A stretch of DNA of 64,000 nucleotides from Octopus sinensis (Eukaryota), in assembly GCF_006345805.1 (NCBI RefSeq), contig NC_043002.1, positions 83,142,001-83,206,000 of the forward strand, given 5' to 3'. The notes below the pieces were generated by a model that worked only from the letters and a program-made list of their open reading frames with translations, had not been told where the DNA came from and searched no databases. Positions 13,041 through 25,700 of the stretch are shown here, in pieces. How positions within the stretch are numbered: the first letter of the stretch is position 1; the number at the start of each line of letters is the position of its first letter. A program made the translations under genes and the position numbers.

Positions 13041-16000
13041 TCCAAGAATCTAAGTGAAGGAAGTTTGTAAACTTTGAACAGTCTGTAGTAGGTATAAAAA
13101 ACAAAGTTCATGAAAAATAATAAATTTTAAAATATGTTAGGCGAGTTAACTCTTGATTCTTTAACAATAATGTAACCTTCATATAATTAAGGTATCATTG
13201 GCCTGATGACTAGATTGCTGAGTACACCTTGTAGAGTAATCTTAACATCAGAGGATCTGCTAACTTTGGAAATATATCTAACCTGGATTTTACTTGCTCC
13301 ACTCACTCTACCTGGATACATATACATACAGGGGTTGGACAAAATAATGGAAACACTTTAAAATTTCAAACAAATTTATTTTAATATGGGGTAAGACCAC
13401 CTTTTGCAGTAATTACAGCTTGAATTCTACTAGGTATTCACTCGTACAAAGTTTGAATTGTTTCCAAAGGAATTTTTGTCCATTCTTCAGCTAAAACAGT
13501 TTCCAGTTCTTGTAGTGATGATAGAGGAGGATATTGATTCCTTACTTTTTTCTAAAATGCACCATAAATGTTCAATAATATTGAGATCTGGGACTGTTGT
13601 GGTCAGACAAGATGTTCAACTTCACTAGAATGTTCCTTGTGCCATTCACTAACAACTTTAGCTGTGTGAATTGGTACATTGTCATCATGAAAGACTGCAT
13701 TTCCCTCCGGAAACAGTTCCGCAAACATAGGATGAATTTGATCAGATAAAATGCTTAAATAGTCTTGACTATTAATTCTGCTGTGAAGAGAAACCATTGG
13801 GCCGGCGGATTTCCAAAATATAGCCCCCCTCCCCAAGATCATCACAGATCTTCCTCCATGTTTAACAGTTGAAAAAAGACAGTCTGGGACAAATGCTTCT
13901 TTTGGCTGTCTCCACATGTATACACGGCCGGTGGTCGGAAATAAAGTAAAGGATGAATCTTCCGAGAAAATAACATTCTTCCACTGCTCTAGGGACCAAT
14001 TCTGTAGGTTATTACTCCACTCTAAATGCTTTGCAATGTTTGTTTTTGAAAGTAGTGGTTTTCTGATTGCAACCCTTCCGTGAAATCCAGCTTCGTGCAG
14101 CTCTCGACAAACAGTTTTTGTGGAAACTGGGTTCTTGAGGTGGTCATTAAGCTCTGCAGTAATTTTGGGAGCTGTAGTTTTGTGATCCTTTCTAACAATT
14201 CGCGTAATAGTCTGATGGTCCCAATCTGAAAGTTTTGGTTTTCTTCCAGAGTTTTGTTTTGACAAGGAGGCTTTTCCCTCTTTCTCAAAGGCTGTCATTA
14301 CTTTCGAGTCAGTACTTCTTGATACACTAAATATTTTGGCTGTTTTCATTACACTAGCACCTGCTATATGAGCACCAACAATTTGACCTCTTTGAAAGTC
14401 CAATGGCACAGGTGATGCAATTGGTACTTATTTTCTCAGCCCCAAAAGGATAAAAGACAAAGTCGACTTTGGTGGCATTTGAACTCTGAATATAAAGCTG
14501 GAAGAAATATCGTTAGGCATTTTGTCTGGAATGCTAATGTTTCTACCAGCTGACCACTTCTAATAGATTTAAGCACAAGGTCAATTTGCAGGACAGTTTA
14601 GTCAAATTGACCCCCAATACTCAGCTGGTACTTTATTTTATCAACTCAAAGAGAGTGAAAGGCTAAGTTGACTGTGGCCGGATTTGAACTCATAATGTAC
14701 GAAATACAGCAAGATGACATTTTGTCTGACAATCTCAAGATTCTGTCAATCCAAAGATGATAATCTTTTTTAACAGATGCTGAAAGCCAGAAAGTTTACA
14801 ATAGGGGGTAGTTAATTAGAGTGAATTGACCCCAGATTAGTAGTAATTTAGATAGTTGGCAAAATAACAACTAAGGGACAGCTGCTAGGACTGACCAAAA
14901 TAATATGTGAGTGACCTTAGTTATTGAGATAACAATAACTGAAGTGGTAGGGTGAAGTAGTAAGAAGCGACTCATTCGATTAAACAGTCTTGCCTGAGAG
15001 GAAGGAGGAGGAGGAGAGACAGCTACCCAGGTATGTTGTTCAAATGTTGTAACGTAATGAAGATGGATGAAGGATTACTACTCACCTGTTTTGATTCTAC
15101 AGCGGCTTCTCCTCCATTGGCTTCTGATTCCTGTTGTTTCTTTTTCTCATATATTTATATGTATATATATATTTATATATATGTGTGTATATATATTTAT
15201 ATGTATATGTGTGTATATATATTTATATGTATATGTATATATATTTATATATGTGTGTATATATATTTATATGTATATATATGTGTGTGTGTGTATATAT
15301 ATATATGTTGTATATATATTTATATGTATATATATATATGTATATATATATTTGTAAATAACAAATGAAAGACAAAAGATGGAATATACGAGAATATAAT
15401 ATTAATCACGACAACTGTTTCGACACATCTAGCATTGACTCCTCTTGTGGGACACACAAAAACTGGTTCACAAATATCTGGTGGTGCAGACATATCTCGT
15501 TGGGTGATAAATAAATAAAAAGTTTTGTTAAAATGAGTTCCATAAAGCAACTTTGTTTTGAAGAGTGACCTAAAATAGATTGAAATGCAATAGATCGATA
15601 CTAGGGTCATAATTATGAGTGACAATTTCATATGACACCGCTAGAAAAAACTGCCGTTCAAACCGAAAAGATCCGTCTCAAGCTAATGAGATGATAGTTC
15701 ACAATCAAAAAGCAAAGTCCTCAAACACATCCAGTAAGAATCTTACGGATACATCCAGGAACGTGTGAAGACATGTATAGGTAAATCCTTGCCAATTTCA
15801 GTAATCCACATTTCCTTCATCAGAGAATATGCATGGATTCAGAATTTTAAATAAAATCATAAAATTGTTCATGATATTGTAAGATTCTTTTTAAGCAGTT
15901 GTAATTATATATATAACCATATAAGGGTACCTATATATATAACCATAGGCCTCGTCAGAGGTTATAAGGAATTTTAAAATATCAATATTAATACATTAAA

Positions 16001-16396
16001 CATGGTACACGTATTATTTAATGTATATAAAAAATCTGAACAAATATCCATATAGACATATGCATATATACACATATACATACATAAGGAGAGTGTATAT
16101 ACTTTTGCATGTGTAAAATACATAAATAAACACAATTAAACAATAGGTCCAAGTAAATATAGCATTCGTCATATACATATATATATATACACACATATAC
16201 TGGAACATATACACATGTCTATGCTTATGACCACATAAATAATAATAAATTATTAATAATAATAATATTATGTTGATCGATAATAACAATATTATTATAT
16301 TTATAGTAATCTTCACTTGACAATACATATTATAATAGATTCTAACATATCAAATATTATAATACCAGATAAACAATCAACAATCCATACAAATAA

Positions 16397-16433
<37 letters not shown>

Positions 16434-17037
16434 TGTATACAAATATACATGCATATAAATATATAAAACATACAGTTAGACTATGGTTTTCAGTATATAT
16501 ATCCTCTTAATACAAACAAGTTCAAGTGTAAAATTCAAATGAGTATTTTTTCTTTTCGTCAAAGTTGAAGTTAATATTATACCTATATTTGTATTTATAT
16601 CCATCTAAATAATATAATATCGTAGAATAATTCAACAAAAAATAAAGCTTTTGATTATGTATGATAGATAAGCTATAATAGCTATGCTTTATGTTATATT
16701 AATATTCTAGAGTTTCAAAATTATTGGGGATTAGGGAGCGATTATTTTAAATCACAAGTTATTTCTAACTGGTTAATACATTTGAATTTATATGCTTGAT
16801 CTGTTGTTAGATAATAGAAGGTCTAATTATTAAGTAAATAAATCATGTTAGTCTCTTGTATTAACAATGTATATCTTTAAATTAACTTTTAGATATTAAA
16901 TGTAAACAAAGAGTTCCTACAATAATCAATACAATTGTAAGTTAAGACATGAACAGATATTTACAAAAATAAACCGTATAAAACTCACATATACACAAAC
17001 ATACATGCACCCTTATAACCTCTGACGAGGCCTATGG

Positions 17038-17083
<46 letters not shown>

Positions 17084-19614
17084 CCATAAGTACCCTATTT
17101 TTAAGTGCCTATAACCTCATTATGTTGACAACTATAGGCAATAAAAATAAAAATAACTACTTTTAACCATAGGCTGAAACAGCTGTAAGAAGTGATTTAA
17201 TGATTTCAATAATTTGTATTATGATTTTTATAATTTGCATTCTTATCTTATATGTATTGAATTATAAGATATATATGTAATCTATTAAGGTTCTCATTTT
17301 GTTAAATGAATAAATAATCCAACATTCTAATATCCGAAAGTTGATGAACAAACTAAATTTGTTTCTCCATTTTCTTATTTGTATTATAAATTTATGGTAA
17401 AAATATTTCTTTACCTTCCCCTGTTTAATACAATAAATGAGTTAATTGCATTGCAATTAAAAACATTTATGTATTAAGAATCTGGGTACTTTTCCAATAG
17501 TATATTGGATAGATAATATCCCTTAGTGGGTTACATCCATAACCCCTAACTTACTTTGTATTATATATATATATGAGAGAGAGGGGGAGGGAGGTATCAC
17601 TTGACAACCGATGCTGGTCCTGAGGTCTATTTGCTCGACTAAAGGCGGTGCTCCAGCATGGCTGCAGTCAAATGACTGAGACAAAGGAGTAAAAGAGTGA
17701 TAGAACATATAGGTATGTGTTTGTATGTGCGTGTCTGTGTGTGCATGCACTTCTGCAAAGATCAAGGGAAATAACTCAGGGATATAAAAATAAAGTCAAG
17801 ATGGCACTGACAATGTTATTTCTTTATTGCTCACCAGGGGCTAAACATAGAGGGCTGACAATGTAATAAGTATGATAATTTTTATACATATCAAAGGGAA
17901 GTAAGCATTTAAACCAACTTCAACCAAACTATAATTGTTATCACCACTTAATAACATGATTCACTGATCATTGAATTTCAGAATTCGGTAATCACCATGC
18001 ACATGAAAATCCTGCTCTTATTACACTAAGTGTGTTGTTCTTTCGGTGGCACAATTACCTTGTTGATGAATTTAATCCACATTTTGAAAGGAATGCTGAT
18101 GGATTATTTTATAAAGCTCGAAGTTGGGTAATTGCTTCATTACAGGTAAATATAAAACATTATTCATTTTAACCGTTTTGCATTCAAATTATTCTATCAA
18201 ATGCAATGCTTATTTATTTACATTGTTTTATATCAATCCTGCATTATCTTGAAACTTCAGTATTTTGAGGATGTGATTGTTTATTCTCTTTTACTGTCTT
18301 TTACTTGTTTCAGTCATTTGACTGTGGCCATGCTGGAGCACTGCCTTTAATCGAGCACATCAACCCCACGACTTATTCTTTGTAAGCCTAGTACTTATTC
18401 TATCGGTCTCTTTTGCCAAACCGCTAAGTTACAGGGGCGCAAACACACCAGCATCGGTTATCAAGCGATGTTGGGGAGACAAATACAGACACACAAACAT
18501 ACACACATACACATATATACGATGGGCTTCTTTTAGTTTCCATCTACCAAATCCACTCACAAGGCTTTGGTCAGCCCGAGGCTATAGTAGAAAACACTTG
18601 CCCAAGGTACCATGCAGTGGGACTGAACCCGGAACCATGCGGTTGGTAAGAAAGCTACTTACCACACAGCCACTCCTACGCCTATGTTTATTTTTCAAAT
18701 AATGTTGCTGAGTATGTGTGATAAGCTATATCTGGTTGATTTGATCATAAAATAGATAGAATATTCAGACTAGATATGGCCAGTTTAATGTTAAAGAATT
18801 GAATTAAAATTTTCTTTTGTTTTTGTAAACATTTTCTCATAAAACATGTCAGTATTTTCATTAATTTAAATCTAAAAATATATGGCATACAAATAAAAGA
18901 GCAAATATCACCTTGAAGTAATATATTTCACTCAACTACATGTGTTTGCAAAATTTTGTAGGTTATAATCCACATTTCAATAATTTTAATGTCTCAGGTA
19001 TGAAATTACAGGTTTAAAAAAAAATCTATATTAGGCGCAGGAGTGGCTGTGTGGTAAGTAGCTTGTTTACCAACCACATGGTTCCAGGTTCAGTCCCACT
19101 GTGTGGCATCTTGGGCAAGTGTCTTCTACTATAGCCTCGGGCCAACCAAAGCCTTGTGAGTGGATTTGGTAGGCAGAAACTGAAAGAAGCTCGTCGTATA
19201 TATATATATATATATAAATAATAAATATTAGGGAATAAATCCAAATTTACAGGGAAAAAATCAGATTTAGGATTAAATCGATTTTATAGTAAAATATTAT
19301 AAAATATTATTCGAGACAAAACCACTATTTTGCAAAACAAACAAGGAAAGACTTAATCAATACATAAAATTTTAATAATAGTCAAAAAAACCGCCACTAC
19401 AATCGTTTCTTGTCTTGATCGACAATCTTCAGGTGGACTTCCAATAATTCAGTGTCAAATTACTGAATTATTGGAAGTCCACCTGAAGATTGTCGATCAA
19501 GACAAGAAACGATTGTAGTGGCGGTTTTTTTGACTATTTATTAAAATTTTATGTATTGATTAAGTCTTTCCTTGTTTGTTTTTCAAAATAGTGGTTTTGT
19601 CTCGAATAATATTT

Positions 19615-19676
<62 letters not shown>

Positions 19677-19680
19677 TATA

Positions 19681-19721
<41 letters not shown>

Positions 19722-22700
19722 CGTGTGTGTTTGTGTGTCTGTGTTTATCCCATCCAACATTGTTTGACAACCGATGCTGGTGTGTTTATGTCACTTAGCG
19801 GTTCGGCAAAAAGAGACTGATAGAATAAGTCCTGGGGTCGAGTTGCTGGATTAAAGGCGGTGCTCAGCATGGCCGCAGTCAAATGACTGAAACAGGTAAA
19901 AGAGTAAGAGTAGATGTTATTTTCTTTGTTATTACAAAACCTTTTCTATGATTCAATAATCTTTGGAAATTTATGTACTAAAGTATCTTGTTGAAAATTT
20001 CTAAGTCAAAAACCCAGTCCTGTAATGATTCTGTTACAGAGCAAGAAAGGAATAATAAAATAGGGAATTTTAGTTCTTTTTCTTACATAATCTTTCACTT
20101 CCTTCAAAATGAATGTAAACAAAGTTAGTATGATTCTTGTGATATTGTGCATTTCAGAATTAGCTAATTTAATGCAGTTTCATTCAGTACTGCCTTAATG
20201 AAAAGGACTGAAAGTGAAATATCCTTTTTAGATGGGAATGGAAATATAACAGATATAATTTAAGGAATATTTGGCTGCAAAAATACTATATGATCCTAGT
20301 AGTTCTAGGGACCATATAGAGGTCTTTTCATTGACCCAGAGCTATTTATGCAGGAATGAAAGGTTTTTTTGTTTTTTAATATTCTGCTCTACATGTAGTA
20401 TATCCTTGTCAACTTGCATACAGTTCTTTGCTTGCTACTATGACCTTGATATGAAAATAAGTTCTGAGAAATAGTTGTCATACATAAAGACAGTATTTTT
20501 TTTTTTTACTTGTTTGTCATTTGACTGCAGCCATGCTGGAGCACCACCTTTAGTTGAGCAAATTGACCCCAGGACTCTTTGTAAGCCTAGTACTTTTTCT
20601 GTCAGTCTTTTTTGTTGAACTGCTAAGTTACAGGGACATAAACGTACCATGGACTGTCAAGACAAGGAGACACACACACACACACACTTTTCAATTTTCA
20701 CCTACCAAATCCACTCACAATGCTTTGGTTAGCCCCAAAATGCTATAGAAGACACATGTCCAAGTTACTACACAGTGGGACTGAACCTGAAACCATATGG
20801 TTGGGAAGCAAATTTGTTAACCACACAATTTCTTGTAGAATTTGAATCTGTATTTATTGTTATATTTATTTTATAGAACATTGTAATTTATGAATGGCTA
20901 CCAACATTCCTCAATGAAACTGTTGAACCCTATCAAGGTAAGGTTTTACATTTTTTGAACCACTTTAACCCCTTAGCTTTCAGATTACAATGCTTAATTA
21001 TTCACATTATTAAGGACTAGCAGTATCACCCGGCGTTGCTCGGGTTTGTAAGGGAAATAACTATATAAGCATTTTTAGAGAGTTACTTCCCTTATATAAA
21101 CCGAGCAAAAAATGCATAAAAAAAACGAAAAATGATGGGAAATTTTTTTAAATCGTAGACTCCTCGTAGACACGCACTAATACCCAGAAGGGCTCAATAT
21201 GAATCACGACTATAAGATACCCGCTTTTGGTTAAACTGCACCGCAAAATGTGGGAGTAGTTAGAAATCTAAATCGGAGGAGACAGACTCTCACACAACTT
21301 CAGTTTTATATATAAAGATATGCAATGCTTAAATTATTCACATTGTTTTGAATTTCTCTTATGTTATCTTGTTGCTGAGAGATTTCAATGATGTAATTGT
21401 TTATTTTTAGAATGATATTTTAGGGTAGGTGTGAGAGGCCTGATCTGGCTGGTTTGAATATAAAACAGATTGAATATTTGGGTCGGATATGGCTGATTTG
21501 AATCATTGATTCCTTTAGATTTTTTTTTTTTTTTGGCATAAAATCTATTTCAAATAATATGTAAGTGTATTTTCTTCTACAGTAGATTTTGGTTTGCATT
21601 CTAAGTCTCAAGAGTTCTATTTGCGGAAAAGTTTGAATCAAATCTAACGCCATTAGCATTTGAACCAATAATAATTTGTTTATAAAAGTAATGAGCAAAT
21701 TATTAGTACAAATTCTTATCCAAATATAAAAGAAATTATTTCTACATAATGATAAAAAAAAAATTTGTGTATGTATGTATGTACGTACACACGTATACAA
21801 ACAATATTACTTTGAATTGGATCATAGGTTTTGCTCTTAATGGTTTTGAATAAACCATTAAGGACAAAATCTGAGGTACCAGTCAAATCAATATTATCCA
21901 TAAATTTCATCTCGGATTGCTGGCATTGTGCCAAAATTCTTCTAACCCTTTTTATTAAGGTATCAAGTTGGTAGAATTGTAAGCATGCCAACCAAAATGT
22001 TTACTGGCATTTTGTCCATCTTTACATTTTAAGTTCAAATACACTGAGGTCAGCTTTGCCTTTCATCCTTCTAGGGTTGATAAAATAAGCATCGGTTGAC
22101 TATTAAGGCTTATGTAATTGACTAGCCAGTCCCACCCCATATGAACCTGTTGGCTAGTGCCAAAATTTGAAACCATTATTAAGGTGGAAAGAACCATTAT
22201 AACATCAGACAAAATGCTTAGTGGCATTTCTTCTAGTTATTCATGTTCTGAATTCGAATTTCATCCTTTAACAGCTTATAAAACAAGTACCAGTTGAGCA
22301 TGGGACTCAGTGTACAACTAGCCTTGTCCCTCAAAATTTCAGACCTTGTGTCTATAATAGAAAAGATCATCATCATTATTACATAAAATCAAATACATTC
22401 TGATTTGATCCCTCACCAAATAACACATTAAATGTTAATAATGCTTAATATCTAATGTGAAAACTTAGAAAAATCTTCTGCTTTGTAAACATTGCAAAGA
22501 TTTCACAATACTTTAAACATTATCCTTAATAGAACTATTGCCTTGGAGAAAGAGAAGAAAGCATGTGAAGACAAGGTGTAAATATTAGTTTACATTCTGC
22601 ATTTACTAAAAGTTTCCCTAAAATTTGTCTCTTTGTTTATTACAAATGAGCATACCTATTTTCTCATAACTGGTTGGAAAATACAATGAAGTTTATGCTT

Positions 22701-25700
22701 TGCGGAGGCCTTATAAAGCTTAAACATACATGGAGTTATCTCCCATGCTTACTGAAATGATTAAAATATTTGTCATTGTGATAAACTTTGTCATTTTCCC
22801 TTTCCCTCACCACATAATTATTTCTAATATTTCTGTTTCTTTTTAATCCTTTAGTATTCGGATTACTTAGTCACATGTAATGCTTATTTATTCATATTCT
22901 TTTGAATTAATCATGCATTGTCTCATAATTTTGAGATTTTGATGAAGCAATTGTTTACTTTTAGAATGATGTTAGTGGCTAGGTGTGAGAGGCTGGGTGT
23001 GGCCTGTTTGAACATAAAACAGAAAAAATATTCAGGCTGGATATGGCCAGTTTAAACACTAAAGGGTTAATATTGATCCCTAATTAAATGTTGAATATTG
23101 TTTGGATTGTATTTCTGAATAATTAAGCTTCTGTGTTGCATTTTATTAGGTTACAAACCAAGTGTTGATCCTAGTTTGTCTGCGATTTACGATGCTGTTG
23201 TTATGAACTACTATTTGACATTGATGCCATCTGTCATTTATCGCAGGTAATTATTTTTTGCTACTAATCATAATTCTTTTTACTATAGGCACAAGGCCTG
23301 ATATTTGGGTGGGAGTAGGCCAGTTGATTACATCAGCCTTAGTGCTTGAGTGGTACTTATTTAATCAACCTTGAAAGGTAAAGTTAACCTTGGCAGCATT
23401 TGAACTGAGATTGTAAAGAATGGGAAAAAATACTGTTGAAAGACAAAGTAGTAGAGGAGACTAGTTGATGACATCAACCCCAGTGTTTCACAGTTACTTA
23501 TTTTATTGACCCTGAAAGGATAAAAAGCAAAGTTGACTTCAGCTGAATTTGATCTCGGATCATAAAGATAGATGAAATGTTGCTAAGCACATTGATAATT
23601 ATGATAGTGGTGATAATGATAATGTTGATAATTATGACTGATAATGCTAAAATACACACCATGCTGTTTTGGTCATCGTTTGAAACAGAAGCTATTTCTA
23701 GGAGGTCAAATTTTTGTGAAACCGATCAGTTTGGAATCTGAAGAAACTGGATTAACTGTTGCCAGTACAACATCTAACATTTTTGCATGTTTGACTCGAG
23801 TTCATTATTCCTTAATCAATTAGGGTTATTCATGAGTTATAGTCACTTAAATACTGAATCCAATATATAATTATTGTTAGTTATCACAGAATTAATAAAA
23901 GAAAGTTTTTCTTAATGTGTCTTTGAGTTTAATTAGAGATTCTTTTAATAAATTTCTGAAAAATAAAAAGTTCAGAACATTATACAGTATTAACAAAGTT
24001 TATTTTATTACTTTGTGAATTTATATAGATAAAAGGCCTGGAAAAGAATTGGTATTTTAATTCTTGGAATATTGATTTACTACATAGAATATGTTAGCCT
24101 CCACTTAGCTATCATTAATACAGGAAGTTTTCCTATTTCATTATTTTAAATTGGTGAATCAGTGCACGTTTTTCATTCAAATGCCTTATTCTCACAACTA
24201 TTCTTAGGTTTGTTAAGTCCAAGTAAGACATTCACTCTCTACTTCATACCACCAAACAATTTTTAATCAATTTGGATTTGGAAGTTATCTCTCTTGCTTT
24301 ACTTGATAAAATTTATCATTAACTCAAATTACAGATATAATTTCATTTGATTAAAAATTACTTTTGATTTACTATATCATATATATTAATCTGCACTTAA
24401 ATCATCTCCATTTAGTATCCATTTTCCATGCTGGCATGGGTTAGTTTGACTAGAACTGGTAAGTCAGAGAGCTGCACCAAGTTCCAGTCCTGTTTTGGCT
24501 TGGTTTCTCTTACTGGATGCCCTTCCTAATGTCAACCACTTCAGAGGGTACCAGGCTCTTTTAATGTATCACCAGCACTAGCCACAACTACAATTTCACA
24601 AAGCTTGGTGTGTCTTCTGAAGCACAGCAAATCACCAACAGTCTCAATCATTTCTCATTGCCGTTGTGAGACTCATCATCCAAAGAGCATTGGCTATATC
24701 TAACCTTGTTGCTGCCAAAACCTTTCAACATTTTTATGCTGCAAATATTTTGTGTTAATTATATTGATTTAAGCCAAGCTATACTACAAGGTTTCCAATT
24801 TCCACCTCTAATACAGTCTGTGAAAAAAGGGGAATATGTAGGGTTTAGCAGTCAACTGTGAAATGTATCCCTCTTCATGTCTAAAGGGTTTTGGTCATAC
24901 TAATAACTTATTAATATTGTCACACTAATTTGATGTTGATAGTGCTCTATTAATCCTAATATTTTGCCTGCCAACTAGATTGGAGGAATTAAAGTCCCTT
25001 GCTCAGGAGGATGTTGTATTTCCAATGACCAAGAATCAAACCTACTGCTTTATAATCAAGAGCCTAGTTATTTGACCACTAGGCAACATACCTTCTACCA
25101 TAGCCTGTGCCTAGTTTTAAAATATCCTTCCAAAATGAATTTCTCTTTGAAAAAAATTGTGATAAATATTTGGGAATTTTAAAGAAAACTATCCAAATAT
25201 GTTGCTCATGGTTATGTTCCTGTTCTTCAGTTCTTCTAAAACATTTGGTTTATAAATATATTTTAATAAATTTCATTGTTTTTGAAATTTAATTTCCTTT
25301 TTATAGAGATTCTTCATGCAAGTACCGACGTCCATTGAGATTTTGTAATACATTTTGGAAAGGACAAGTAAGTTGATTGTTATATTGTAATATCTAATAA
25401 ATGTTTGGTGTGCCTTTTGGTAACTCAATTGGAATTTGGTTGAATTTAGGTTATAGAAAATAATAGTTGCCCAGTTTTACACTACAATTCCATACCATTC
25501 AGCCATTCTATACCTACAGACTTAGATCAAGTCTAAATACTTGCAACAGAGAAGCTTCTGCTTAATATACTGAAGAATCAGGTGGTGTACCATCAAACTG
25601 GGAGATGGACAAAATCTACCACTCAAGAACAAAAATGGTCACATTGACAGATTTCTCCAGTTTCCACTTATTAAATTTCACTTACAAAGCTCCAGGCAAC

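Larger units (their letters stand above)
19216..19618. mobile_element. Penelope-like fold-back fragment inserted into the TA tract of a SINE
   Basis: Arms 19298-19453 and 19462-19618, 8-nt loop; hammerhead in each arm; SINE halves and (TA)n on both sides. Confidence 0.7.
19033..19910 (+). mobile_element. SINE family A split by the Penelope-like palindrome
   Basis: Head 19033-19200, tail 19699-19910. Confidence 0.82.

Noticed and set aside
15033-15368. ORFs rich in I/Y/C/V, and the recurring [17 protein letters not shown] ORFs across the window
   Set aside because: Translations of microsatellites and SINE family A, not genes
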